A stretch of 64,000 nucleotides of DNA from the human T2T-CHM13v2.0 reference genome, Homo sapiens. The notes below the pieces were generated by a model. The model did no database searches and was not told the origin of the DNA. It worked only from the letters and a program-made list of their open reading frames with translations. A program made the translations under genes and the position numbers. The stretch is from the NCBI RefSeq assembly GCF_009914755.1, contig NC_060925.1. One strand, given 5' to 3'. Positions 39,809 to 53,172 of the stretch are shown here, piece by piece; the first letter of the stretch is position 1, and the number at the start of each line of letters is the position of its first letter.

Positions 39809-40449
39809 GGCAATCCCTACATGTGCAATAATGAGTGTGATGCGAGTACCCCTGAGCTGGCACACCCCCCTGAGCTGATGTTTGATTTTGAAGGAAGACA
39901 TCCCTCCACATTTTGGCAGTCTGCCACTTGGAAGGAGTATCCCAAGCCTCTCCAGGTTAACATCACTCTGTCTTGGAGCAAAACCATTGAGCTAACAGAC
40001 AACATAGTTATTACCTTTGAATCTGGGCGTCCAGACCAAATGATCCTGGAGAAGTCTCTCGATTATGGACGAACATGGCAGCCCTATCAGTATTATGCCA
40101 CAGACTGCTTAGATGCTTTTCACATGGATCCTAAATCCGTGAAGGATTTATCACAGCATACGGTCTTAGAAATCATTTGCACAGAAGAGTACTCAACAGG
40201 GTATACAACAAATAGCAAAATAATCCACTTTGAAATCAAAGACAGGTTCGCGTTTTTTGCTGGACCTCGCCTACGCAATATGGCTTCCCTCTACGGACAG
40301 CTGGATACAACCAAGAAACTCAGAGATTTCTTTACAGTCACAGACCTGAGGATAAGGCTGTTAAGACCAGCCGTTGGGGAAATATTTGTAGATGAGCTAC
40401 ACTTGGCACGCTACTTTTACGCGATCTCAGACATAAAGGTGCGAGGAAG
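39809..40449 (+). CDS. NTNG1: Netrin-G1 internal coding exon (641 bp), laminin N-terminal (LN/domain VI) domain; phase 0 start, phase 2 end
   Basis: ORF 39821-40453 (MCNNECDASTPELAHPPELMFDFEGRHPSTFWQSATW...YFYAISDIKVRGR) matches the netrin-G1 LN domain as I recall it, with netrin/laminin motifs (FESGRPDQMILEKSLDYGRTWQPYQYYA; LRIRLLRP; YAISDIKVRGR). Acceptor: polypyrimidine tract ctcttttgttcttcttccatAG (AG 39807-39808), after which the frame reads GGC AAT CCC TAC ATG (G-N-P-Y-M). Donor: AG|GTAAGA (GT 40450-40451). Confidence 0.97.
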
Positions 40450-43400
40450 GTAAGAGAAAATCTGTCTGCCTTCAATGGGAACGGGTGTGTCCAAAGAAAA
40501 TGCCAGAGTGTCTCACAGCTGTAAAGTGACATTTGTCAATTTCTACTGCAACGTTTTCTTCAGGAACTCCACTGTAGAAGTAGGTTCTGAAGGCATTCTG
40601 AGATCCCTCATCCTCAGCAGTAATTTGTAATCCCAAACTTGCTGTCCCTGAACCTGGCATGATTCTTCAGAATTTAAATAAAAGTGAATTTTAAAAAGTA
40701 ACTCCCTGAGTCGGGAGGTCCTTTAGGTCTTTAAGGCAATGAAGCCAGGGGAAGCAAAACCATTTGCCCTATAACGAACTGAAAAACTAGAAATACAACA
40801 TACCATTGTTTACAAATGCAAAGCAGGGATTCAACATGGTACAGCAGTCAATTTATGTTTTGTGTAATATTGCACAAAAAAATCTGGAAACTAGAGTTAT
40901 GTTTCTTTAAATTTATTAAATCAGAATCAATAGCATGTAGGAAACATTTGTTAAATTGGGACACGCTCTACTTTTCATGTTTTTGGATGTTATTATATCA
41001 AAAATATATACTAGCATTTAAAATATAGACCTGAGTTGGGCTCCCTTCATCTTGTAGATTAATCACAAATGGACAGAGTTTAAACACATTAATTAAACAC
41101 AGTCAGGGATAGCTTTGGTTTTGATAATATACTAGAGACAGAATTGAGCAAATTTCCAAGAATTTTGAAGATGTTTAAATGAAAAACTTCAATAATGAGA
41201 ACCAGAACCACCACATAGGGATTTTCAACCAGCTTTTTAAGTGTGGTATATTATCAAAACGACCACCTGATGGGAGTGGAAGCATGAGATAATGAGTGGG
41301 AAAAGTAAAGGTAAGAGCAGAGTATCTAGCAAAGGGAAAGGCAAGCAAAGAAATAACACCCCAGTAAAAAGGCCAAGATATCTTTAAATTGAAACATATG
41401 AGGATAAGCATATAAATAGTATATATCATGTAGGTTTCATTATTTAATGATAAAATTCAAACAGATAAGGCAGGATTGATTCAATTTATTGGCTGCCAAC
41501 ATCCTTTAGGCAGCCCAGTTCTCAGAAACTGGAGAAGTGTTGAAACTTTCTGGTCTGTTAGAGATTTGCCTTACCTATGTGTGCTGGGAGAAAGGTCACT
41601 GCTGTTAAGGTAAAGACCATAGTGGGAATGCAGAATGGAGTGGTGGGCTTGATCATAGTGTGGTGTCAAAGGTTTCAGAGTCTTAGCTGTGGAAAAGCAG
41701 TAGAAACTGGTGGCCATCTACTCTCAGCTTTTTCTAGCTTCATGTTCCTCATGGAAGAATCAAAAGCCTTTATCTGCGAAGCTTTTCCTAAAATTTTGAC
41801 CAAGATCTTGGTGGTATATAACGAATATATCTTTAAAGCAGTATGATGTTGAACTTGTGAGTTCTAAGCTGTAGAGGATAATTCATGTATTATTAGCAGA
41901 GTACATGACAGGGCAATACAGGAGCTGTTGTCTTAAACATAAGTTTGCTATTTATAGTAATACACAGCCATTATACTTATGAACATTTTAGCAAAAGACT
42001 ATTAGTTTCCAGGATCTTATTCTTGGGGAAGTATGATATATGAAAATAGTTGATATTGTTATTATTAATGATAGCTTGCCACAATGAAGTAGCAAATATT
42101 CAATTCATCTACATGAATAATGGTAAAAAATTAACAAACTAAGATGTGGATTTTAATCCTAGTGTAATCTACATTGCTCGGTAGATTCATCTAGGTCAAT
42201 TTCCTTGCAGTTTAAAAAATACTTAATCTGAGCCCAAATTCCTATTGCTCCACCTCCCCATATACCTTTATTTGCCACTTGTAAATAAGGCAATCTTCTG
42301 AAGCATTTTGGTTGGGAAAAACCTATTGCTGATGCTTATTTTTGTTATTAGTATTCATTTTGTTTCCTCTAATAATTTAAAAGAAAGTGTAAAATAAACT
42401 TGAAAGCTAAAGGCATTTTTCTGCATTCTCCACTGATGTCAAGCATGCCATCTCCTAAAGGTGGTGTGTTGGAAATGTAGATTCCTTCATATCTATCACA
42501 TTTCTCCCATCTCCCAGACTAGTCATTTCCTCCAACTGCATTTCAGTGGTTCTGAGGAGTTTGGAGGGCTCCTCCCTCCTTCTCTGGACTCAGCTCCACT
42601 GTCTTTTCCTGTTCACTAGTCAACTGTAAGCTGAAGAGAAGCAGCTGGGCAAATGAGAAAGGTCCAGTAGAGGTGAGCCCCTTCCATAAGGTCTTCTTCT
42701 GTCACCTCCAGACTTTGTCCAAATCCTCAGGGCAGAACTGATGCTGGCATGTACTGCACTAGGCACCAGATGGCTGGAGTATTTTTAGTCTTAGGGGAGG
42801 GACTAAAGAAGCAAGGTCTGATGGCTCGGGCGTGTCTCCAGCTTTTAAGTTATATAATGAAGATCTGCTGATGATGGAGCCAGTGAAAGGAAATGTTGAG
42901 CTATAGTCTGGTTCAGGGGCCTTTCAGCATAGAAGCTGATCTAATTATTTTACTCTTGAAAGTTTCAGTAAGATTAATGGTCTAGATTGTCTTTCTGTTA
43001 TATAACAAATCATCTATAGAAGGATTAAATATTAATTGATAATCTCTAAAAGAAAGTTCTAAAGTTTCCCTTTCAAGGCTCTCATAAATGTACACTTTTC
43101 AAAATACAACTGAAGTTCTTGTTCCTTGCACCCGCCCCCACCATCCCATGAAATGATTGCAACATTTAACATGCCTTTACATGTCTATATCTGATCATGA
43201 TAATGATATTTTTCTACTTGTTACTTCTATCCCCACCCCACCATAATGTGGAAATTGACATAAGTTATTTTGGAAAAGTAGAATGGAGACCAGATGTAAA
43301 CATCTATAGTATAGTGGACAGAGAATTCAAAATTTTTTTACCTTGAAATCTTAAACTGTGAGACAGTTGATCTTTGCTTAAGATGACTGAGCTTGTGAGA

Positions 43401-45289
43401 TCCAATTCTCCGTTTCTTTGTGCATATGTTTGTTTTATACTGGCTAGTGTTTTTTAATGGAAAAATAGTGTTTTGATTGACATTAGACTAATGTAGCATT
43501 TATGTTCTTTTTGGAATGTGATACATCTGATACCTATTTTACTAGTAAGAAAAAAGTGTAATCTCATCATAAAAAATTTATTCTTCTTTTGCCACATACT
43601 TATTTTGCTTCCATTTACTCCCTCTCATTGCGTATTTATTAAGATAATGAAGGAAAAAGAGGAAACATGGCTGTTGGCAATTTCAGCAGCTCCGTAGTAC
43701 TTACATTGTTCAATAAACTTAATAATCTACATGGACTAATTCTGACTTATGGATGTCCTGCTTCAGTAAATCACGGTGATTTTCTCCAGTGAATAACAGA
43801 CGAATGCAGTGTGCCAGTACCTTAATTAAAGAGCGGCTCTCTTAGTCTTGATCTCATTTTAATTTACAGGGTAATACTACAATAATATCACTAATGGAAG
43901 GTACATTAAAGGGCATCAAGTAGCATTAACTGTATTAAATTATGGTACTTATGTTAATTAACTGCTGAAGCAAGATGGTTCTAATGGCCAAAAAGGTCAT
44001 CTAATGCATAAATAAAATCTACTCAGATGAGGGGCAAGAGGAGAAATTAGAAGTAAATGTTTGTTCTGAACATCTTTTTATACAGACAGGGGGTTAAACT
44101 CAAAAGCTGTTAAATATAGATAATGTCCAAAATGTTTTCTTATTTACACCATTGGAAGCTTTGATTTTTAAGTATTTTGTTTCTTTGCAAGCTTTCCACA
44201 ATTAAAATAATTGAAAAAGCGAGCACTGTATTTGTCAGCTGCATAGATTTTATGAAATATAAACTAAAAATTATTTATTATTTCTTTGAGGTAAACAATT
44301 TCAAAGAAATAATGTGATTTAATGTAATAATTTATAAATCTGAAAGACAAATGAATCTTTAGTAATCTACTCATTTATTTTTAAGATATGCTATCAGCCA
44401 TATATCAAGGTACTGATTTTAGCCATAAGACAATGGAAATTCTATTTTAACAGTAAGAACTTGAAGAAAGTGGACTGGAAAACTCCCATCAACATCTTCA
44501 GTATTTACCCTTTAACAAAATATTCCTGAAGGTAATTATCGGTCATTTTTTCTCAATGGTCATTACACATTTCTTATCCCTTGCAGTGCCTACTCAGGCT
44601 CCATTATAGGTAGTTGACTGCCATAATAGTGAACAGTATTTTTTCCTTTTTCTACCTCCATTGTTTACCTCCAAGAAAGAAGCCTTGGAATATTAGCACA
44701 GAAGTTTCACTTCGACAAAACTTTTTGGTGCCATCTTCACTTCATGGCTGCCCCTGCTCAGAATCACACTCTCCCTGCCTAATCCCAGGACCTGCAAAGG
44801 GCCAGGACCAGAGCCACTATGACTAGGTGCCAGGAGTGAGGCAGGCCCCCTACGTCACTCTCAGGAGTCCAGCTTCTATGTGTAAACCTTATTCTTTGAA
44901 TGTCACTGCCTTTATATTTGCTGTAATTAGAACAAGGTGAAGCTGACATCGTGTTCTTGAAGCACAACTTCCACATGGTTAGTGCGAAAGATGTGATGTC
45001 AGGCAAGCAAGAACACTTGGGGAAATTCAAAAGTATAAAAGCAGTAGAGCACTTTTTAAATTTCTGGAAAAATCAGTTATTCTGAAGGTTCCCTAAGTCT
45101 TTTTCCTAGCCACAACTGAAATAAATCTGAAATATTTACTTTTTACCTCTTTTGTAAGAGACATCCCACAAAAATGCTTTTAAAGCATTGAGCCTGGCCT
45201 TTATCTATTCTTTTCCAATTAGTCTCAATTATTGAGGTTGGGCTTTACTGCCACTTAACAGATTCTGCTTTTTATAACACCTTCTTCCT

Positions 45290-45700
45290 TTCTGTCATCC
45301 ATAAATACTTATCCTCTACTCTGGGACAGATGCTGGCTTTGATGGTAGACAGACGAAGATGCACCAAGCATAGTCTCTGCTCTTAAGGAGCTGATATCCA
45401 GAAGGGACACAGACTTTATAAACAACAACGACAAAAAAAAAATGATGATAATGTGGGTTAAGTGATTTTACTGTGTGAATATTCAAAGTGCTGTGGTAGC
45501 AGAGAAGCTACTAATGTAATCTGGAAAGATTAGTAAAACCTTTGATAAAGATGTGACATGTATGATGTCTTGAAATATGGGTTTTATTGTGCCAAGCAGC
45601 CAGGAAAGAATGGATATCCTAGGCAGACAAATTATACCTAAAAACAGCACAGCATGTTAAGGAACTCCAAGCAGTAAAGAATTGATGGAGTTAAGAGTCC
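45290..45700 (-). mobile_element. L2 3' region
   Basis: catccataaatacttatcc...catagtctctgctcttaaggagctgatatccag...caaagtgctgtggtagc. Confidence 0.6.
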
Positions 45701-46489
45701 TGAAGATGTTCTACCATCTTCCCTTTATGGGTCTTCAGCATGTTCAGGAAGCTCTGAAGGATTCCTACCTCTTTCTCTCTGATTCTCCCATGCCATAAGA
45801 AACCCAAAATCTTATGGAGTCTCCGTATTAATTGACTACAAGTGAGGAACAGTTTTTAAGGCAATTGTAGTAAAGGCTATTCTGGTGTAACTGTGCAGAC
45901 TGGAAAGCTATAACATTGCTTAATTGTGGAGCAACTATAGCTCCAAGCCCTGATGCTCAAGTGGAGAATCCAGAAAAGCTCTCCATATTCCACAGGAGCC
46001 ATCATATGGCAGTGGTCTCAGATTTGCTTACAAAGTCAGTAGGACTTGTTGACCAGTCAGATTTTGGGGAAGACTTCCTAGTGAATTGGATGGTGGGGCC
46101 AAAACTAAAATGGGGAATAAATACTGAAACAGGCTTTTAGTTAATTCATGATTTAGCTAGTTATTTTGTTGTGCCATTTCAAGTAGTAGAAATTCAAGTA
46201 GAGATTCTAGTTAGGGATTTGAAAATACTTGTCTAGTGTTGTAGAGAGAGATTTGAGCTCAAATATAGGTTTGAGAATTATTACCTTATGTGTTATGGTG
46301 GACTCTTTGAGAATCGATGACATTGAGGATTTTTTTGTTCATAGGTATAAATGACCATTATAGAACATTTACAGAATCCTGTGGAATACTACTATGTAAA
46401 AGGTAATTTCTGAAGGAAATTGAGAAATAATCTGAGAAAATTCAAAGAGAAGGGAATGAGTTAATGTCATTCTAATAGTCCCCACTCAT

Positions 46490-46730
46490 ATTTAAGTAAT
46501 AATCCTTTAAATTTGTATAGCATTCAGTTTACAAAATTCTTGTCAGGTACCTTATTTCCTTTAGTACTTACAGGACACTTGTGAGGCAGGTGTTGGTTAA
46601 CCCCATTTTACAGAGGAGAAAACTGAGGACCAGAGGAGTGCCGTGACTTTTTCTTTAACGTCACACATAACAAAGTGGTAAAATCAGGTTTTTCACGGCA
46701 AACCTTAGGCTTTTTCCAAGCATTATGCTC
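46490..46730 (-). mobile_element. MIR SINE
   Basis: ttgtgaggcagg...ccccattttacagaggagaaaactgaggaccagagg. Confidence 0.8.
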
Positions 46731-48871
46731 TTACAGTCACACCAGCCAGAGATCAGCTCAGTATATATAGAAGACCCCAAAAATTCCCAGAGAAGCCATC
46801 TTTAAATAGCAACAATGAATCAATACATCTTATGACTCTGCCCCTCTTAGAATGTTCTGGGAGTCACACTCTCCATGGCTTTTGGCTCAGTATTTTATTA
46901 CACCAGGCTGCTCTGTGTTTATCTGAACTCTAACTTCTTACTTCATTTTTATCAACTTTCAAATGTGTGATTGGGCTCATTTGTCACATTGTGTTAAGTC
47001 TAGGTGTTTTACTACTAAAATCAAATTGTGATGATAGCTTCTTATTTTTCCATGGGGAGACAAAAATAAATAAATAAGCTGTATTTTCTCAATGTTAATT
47101 TTTCTCCCATATTTCTTCATAAACTTTTATTATGTACACCTGCTTTCAACTAATGGGCATCATCAAACACTAAAACAAGTCATATATCTTAATGGATAAA
47201 CTTGGAAATAGCCAACTACCTTCGCTTATTTTAAGCAAGTTCATACTTCAAGTGAGGGCAATATGTTTTTCCTTTAACTTCCACATATAAGTCCACATTC
47301 TCTCTTCTGAAACTATTTTGAATAAGTGTGCTGCCTCTTTCATATAATAAAATTTCATAAATTTTTAATCAATGATTCTCTCCACCAGGTCTTTTTTTCA
47401 AGCTAAATGGATATTAAACCATTCCACTAAAATTTAATTTACTCTCCTTTTAAAAGGCAGAATGAAGTCCAGTAAATAAGAGTATTCAAATGAAAAGCAT
47501 GGTAATCATAATTAAAAATTAAAAACCAACATAAAACATTGCTACTTAACTCCAGTGGAAACATTTAGAATAAAGACTTTATCGTATGCACCCATTGTAA
47601 GTGGACAACTGAGGGACATTCTGATTTGGAGCATATTTTTAAAATCTATTAGAAAATCTTGAATTATAAAGAGAATATATGCATAAGCAGCTCATTTTCC
47701 TCTGAGGTTTGTACTATTATAAGGAGAGAATGTATCTAATAATTCCTCCATTTAAATTATGAAATTCATTAGCATGCAGAAAAACAATCCGGTTTAGGAG
47801 CTTGTCTCTTTATCCTTAATTCCCTAGTGCCATAGATTTTTTAAGCTAGTGGGTCATTAAAGGAAAGATGTCTCTTTTTTAAGAAACATAAGGATATTTA
47901 AGCAAAATACCACAAAATGGATAAATAAAATAATTTCTTCCCTCATTTAACTTAGCATTTGTAAGGGAAGCTACATTCTAGCTACATCTGCATGCCCAAA
48001 CAATGGGAGGCAGCAGTACACCAGCTTCTGCAGCCCTGTTTTTTATCCTAAATCTGTGGTCTGCATCTTTGGAATGTCTTGCTGTCTTTCTGTACCTAGG
48101 ATCAGAGTTTTTTCTTAACACGTTAGGAGATGTTGGCCATTGTTTGATACTTAGTGCAAGAGTTTTTTGAGACCTATGTGATCAATGGTTCAGTAAAGAG
48201 ACTATTTCCATTCATTCTCCAAATAAATACAAGAACAAATGAATTTTATCACAGTAATTTGATTGTGTGGATTGATATATTGATTCTGTTGCAATATGGG
48301 TCTATATTTTCAATTCAATAAGCCACTTTTAGAACTAAGTATATTAGTTTAACCAGAAATGACTGCACTGCATAAAAACTCATGGTTACTATTTCTACCT
48401 CCCTTTTATAGGTAGGAAAACTACATCTAAACAAGGTTAATCAATAGCAAAGGGGAAAGGAAAATTTAAAAATTACTTATGTTGGTGTATAAATTTGTTT
48501 CTCAACTCCCCTTGAAAAACATTGAAAAAAATGGATGGAAAGGCTTTGAATATGTGAAACAGGAGCCTCACAAACCCTACTGGTCCAGAAGATTATAAAA
48601 GTAGGGTAGTTACTACACTGGCTCTCTCTTGCATTGTGACTGGTACCTAAGACAACTGATATTGTGCTATAAATATATTGAGAGGATAGAGGACAAGTCA
48701 TTAGGATTTTAAAATCATTATCTACCTTATTTTAGAAGGAAACATTGGCTAAGAGTCAAGAGAAATAGATTCTCACTCTGGTTGTGCTAATAATTCTTTG
48801 TCAGCTCAGAATAGGTCACAGTTACCATAATCAGAGTCTCCTCATCTACAAAATGAGATTTTTATACTATT

Positions 48872-49110
48872 TTACTGTTTCTCAGGATGTACTCTTCAAA
48901 TAAAGTCCATGATGGTCAAAAACATTTTGGAAGTGTTCACAATACTTCCTTCTATGAGAATCACAATGTATATTCATATATTAAAGACCCTGAGGTGTCC
49001 TACAGTAAAGAAACATTTCTATTTTATTGAAGACAGAGCCTCTAGAACTTACTTAGTCAAAAAACATATATTAGTACCCATAAACGACTAGTATTCGCAG
49101 AACTCTTTAA
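48872..49110. mobile_element. MER103-type hAT-Charlie element (adjacent MIR fragment ~48740-48870)
   Basis: catatattaaagaccctgaggtgtcctacagtaaagaaacattt matches the MER103 core as recalled. Confidence 0.65.
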
Positions 49111-49164
49111 GCTCCAACATTGTTGGACTCTTTGTAAGATTGAAGGAAATACATGAAAACATCA

Positions 49165-49205
49165 TGTGTGTGTGTGCATGTGTGTGTTTGTGTGTGTGTG
49201 TGTGT
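49165..49205. repeat. (TG)n microsatellite
   Basis: Directly visible. Confidence 0.9.
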
Positions 49206-51253
49206 TTAAACTATTTGCAGTGCTAAAAACAGATTGATTTTTCAAAGCAAGTTCCAACTTTAGTTATCATCCTTCCTATATTACTGCTACTTTGGGTGAA
49301 AAAGTGAGACTGTCGTAGAGAAAGACTAACCTCAATGAAGAGTATCTCTTTTTTTTTTTTTTTTAACTGTCGCTCTTATTTTTTGAACCTTGGAGTACTA
49401 TGCATCTTTCTTTAAGAATTATAGGAAATTAAGTACTGTATTGGAATAAATAGGGATTTTTTTGTTTTGTTTTTAGGCTAGTGAAATTGTGATGGAAGAG
49501 TCAGCAAAGATGTGAAAAATGAAATGCCAAGTGGTACAATCTGGTGTATTTTGTAGATAAATAGAGATGCTAAAGGATTTTTATTCCTCCCATATGTAAG
49601 TGCCTCAAACTCTAATTACAGCAATGAGCTAAAATCATGTATTGAAAGAAAAATTAGATTAACCAGTATTTAATATATTCTTTTTTTTTCATTTGCTTTG
49701 GAGGATATTCTTGAAACCACAAGCTAATTTTAGTTAAATGAATCTTGCCTTTCTTTTGCTAATTAGGACTGTTAATGAATAACAAATCAGAGCCCAGTAA
49801 AACTGAACATTGTATATAGCTAAGGATATCACCTTGTCTAGGAATTGTGTTTTTGTCCTGGCCGCTTTTACTCATTTGGTGCTAACAGAATATCAGGGAA
49901 GCAAAGCTGTTATAACATATTGATGACATCCATGTGTAATTATAGATACTCCAGTGCTGCTGGGAACAGGGAACAGATGGGGGAAGGGTGGGCCAAGAGA
50001 TGATGGGTGGGGGAAGTCTAAGAGGTCAGAGATTTGGCAGGTTGGAAGGAGACAGCATCATTAACTCCAGTATTGGATTTGTATAGACAGGGTGTACGCC
50101 ACATAGAGTCATAGCATTGCAAAATCATTTCTTTTAGAACTGAAAAAAAAAACATAAAAATAATTTAATCTAACTCCTTTTTCAGATGTGAAACAGAATG
50201 GTTAAATGAATTAGTCAAGGATGACACTGTTGCATAACTAGAATTTAGACTCAGAGGGAACTTTCAGTTTACTCACTGATCTGCGTCCCGTGCCTACAAC
50301 TAGGCCTGGCGCATATTAAAAGTTCAATAAATATTTATTGATGGAATGAGAGAATGATTGCAGAATATCCTTCTAAGCATCACGTAGAGGACCATTCTGA
50401 GGACGGTTTTCCCATTAGGTATGCTATGGCCACCTCTAAATATTCCCCACACAAGACTGCAAGAGAATTGGAGCTTAGCCCATTGTTTTTGGCTATGTCA
50501 CTTCATCCAATCAACCAGATCGCAAAGCTTCAGGCTTTAACCAATAGTCCAAACTTAAAGAATAAAATATATCTACTTCAGATAACAGAGTAAGCTATGT
50601 ACTTGGGTTAAATGAATACCACTCCACTCAAATACACACAATTTCTTTTATTATTTGTTTGATTGGTCCTTTTAAGATCAGAAATTGTGATCCTTAATCC
50701 CTTTCCTGGATGAAGAGAAGTCCATGAAAAGGAATGAACTGCTCTCATTCTCAAGCAATATTTAGTAAAATCGCAATATCACTATACATCCACGTCCCAA
50801 AGTTGTCTTCAAATGATGTTTGCTTCTTGAGTTTACCAACCAAAGGGACTTAAAATGCTATTTAAAAACCTTACAACTTGTAAATGATGCCTTTACATAT
50901 TGATAGGTTCAAAGCTGGGGTTTCAAAGAGTTTGAGCTGAGGAGACATGGAAACAGGCAGTGGCCAAACTCAACTATATACATGTATCTGCTGAAACTTT
51001 TATGAACATATGTCTTTATGAAAATAATTGAAGTTCATTATATACTCTTAAGTGGCAAAATAGGATTAAAAATATTAATAGCGTGAGGCTAATTATGAGA
51101 AGGAGGAAAAAAGAGAGAATGAGACAACACAAATATAGTTGGCTAATAGTGGTGGAATTGTGAGTAATTTTTATCTAATTAGTTATGATTTTCTATTTTT
51201 TTTCATTTTACTCATTGTATCGTCAGAAAAAAATAGTTTTTAAAATTAAGTTA

Positions 51254-53172
51254 AAATTCAGCAAAGTTGCAGGATACAAAAGCAACACACAAACATCAGC
51301 AGTGCTTCTATACACTAACAATGAAGGTCCAACAGGAAATTAAGAAAACAATTCCATTTACAATAGCGTAAAAATAATAAAATGGTTAAGAATAAACTTA
51401 ACCAAGATCCAAAAGCCTTGTACACTAAAAACTGCAAAACAGTGCTGAAACTAATTAAAGAAGACACAAATAAATGGGAAGACATCCTATGTTCATGGAT
51501 TGGAAGTCAATGTTGCTAAGATGTTAATACTACCCAAAGCTATGTACAGATTTAATAGAATCTCTATCAAAATCCCATTGACGATATTTTCCGAAATAGA
51601 AAACTTCATGCTAAAATTCATATAGAATTTTAAGGGACCTGGAAATAGCCAAAATAACATTGAAAAAGAAGAATAAAGTTAGTGGCGTCACTGGGGTTTT
51701 TATGTTGTTGTTCTTTTTTTTTTTTTAATTTCAAAACTTACTACAAAGTCACAGTAGTCAAAACTGTGTGGTACTGACATAAAGATAGACATACGAACCA
51801 AAGAAATAGAATAGACAGTCCCAAAATAAACCCTCACATGTATGGTCAAATAATTTTCAACAACGTTGCCAAGACCATCGAGTGAGGAAAAGACAGTCTT
51901 TTCAACAAATGATGTTGGGAAAACTGAACAGTCACATGCAAGAAAAACAAACCAAAAAAGGAAGTTGGACCCTTACCTTACACCATATACAAAAACTAAT
52001 TCAAAATGCATTAAAGACCTAAATGTAAGAGCTAAAACTATGAAATGTTTAGAAAAAAACAAAGGAAGAAAACTTCATGACATTAAATCTGGCAATAATT
52101 TCTTGGATATAACATCAAAAGCACAGTCAACAAAAGCAAAAATGGGTAAGTTGAACGTCATCAAAATTAACAACTTTTGTGCATCAAAGGACACTGTCAA
52201 CAAAGTGAAAAAGCAACCCACAGAATGGGTGGGAATATTTGTAAATCATATATTTGATAAGGGACTTTTATCCAGAATGTATAAATTACTCTTACAATTC
52301 AACAACAAAATAATCCTAATTAAAAAATGAGCAAAGGACTTAAATAAACATTTCTCCAAAGAAGATATATAAAAATGGTCAATAAACATAGGCAAAGATG
52401 CTCAAGATCATTAGTCATTAGGGACATGCAAGTCAAAACCACAATGAAATACCACTTCACACCCGTCAGAATGATTACTATTCAAAAACATAAAATAACA
52501 TGGTTGGAAAGGACATGAAAAAATTGGAGGGTTTTTGCTATACTAATGAAATGGTACAGACACTGTGGAAAACAGTGTGGTGATTACTCAAAAAACTAAA
52601 CATAAAATTGCCATATGATCCAGGAATTCCATTCTGGGTATATATCCAAAAGAAGTTAAAGCGGAAGCTTGAACAGATATTTGTACATCCTGTTCATAGC
52701 AGCATGGTTTGCAACAGCCAAAGGTGGAAGCCACCCAAGTATCCATCGATGGATCAGCGGAAAACCAAAATGTGGCATATACATACAGTGGAATTTTATT
52801 TAGCCACAAAAAGGAAAGAAATTTTGACACATGCTACAACATGGATGAAACTTAAAGACATTATGCTAAGTGAAATAAGCCAGTCACAAAAGGACAAATG
52901 TTACATGATATGCAACTTATATGAGTGTCCTAGAGTAAGCAAATTCATAGAAATAAAGTATAATGGTGACTGCCAGGGGCTGGGGGCAGATGAAAAAGAA
53001 GATTCATTTGTAATGAGCACAAAGTTTCAGTTAGGGAAGATAAAAAAGTTCCAGAGATGAATGATGATGATGGTTGCACAACAATGTGAAAATATTTAAT
53101 GCCACAAAACTGTACATTAATAATTAAAATAGTAAATTATGTGTTATGTGTATTTTAACAACAACAACAAAA
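51254..53172 (+). mobile_element. 5'-truncated L1MB-type LINE (~1.9 kb), decayed ORF2 3' half plus 3' UTR
   Basis: ORFs 51866..52330 (KLDPYLTPYTKTNSKCIKDLNVR) and 52608..53060 (PYDPGIP..., HATTWMKLKDIMLSEISQSQKDK). L1MB-type 3' UTR gatggttgcacaacaatgtgaa...tgttatgtgtatttta. Confidence 0.92.

Noticed and set aside
39849-39877. Direct repeat cccctgagctg x2 within the exon
   Set aside because: It reflects the protein sequence PELAHPPELM and is too short to imply more.
39821-40453. Treating the 210-aa ORF as a complete single-exon gene or processed pseudogene
   Set aside because: It is bounded by canonical splice sites, and coding similarity extends 4 codons upstream of the ATG to the acceptor. 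There is no signal peptide, poly(A) tail or TSD.
51866-53060. 154-aa and 150-aa ORFs as genes
   Set aside because: Frameshifted, decayed L1MB ORF2 fragments.
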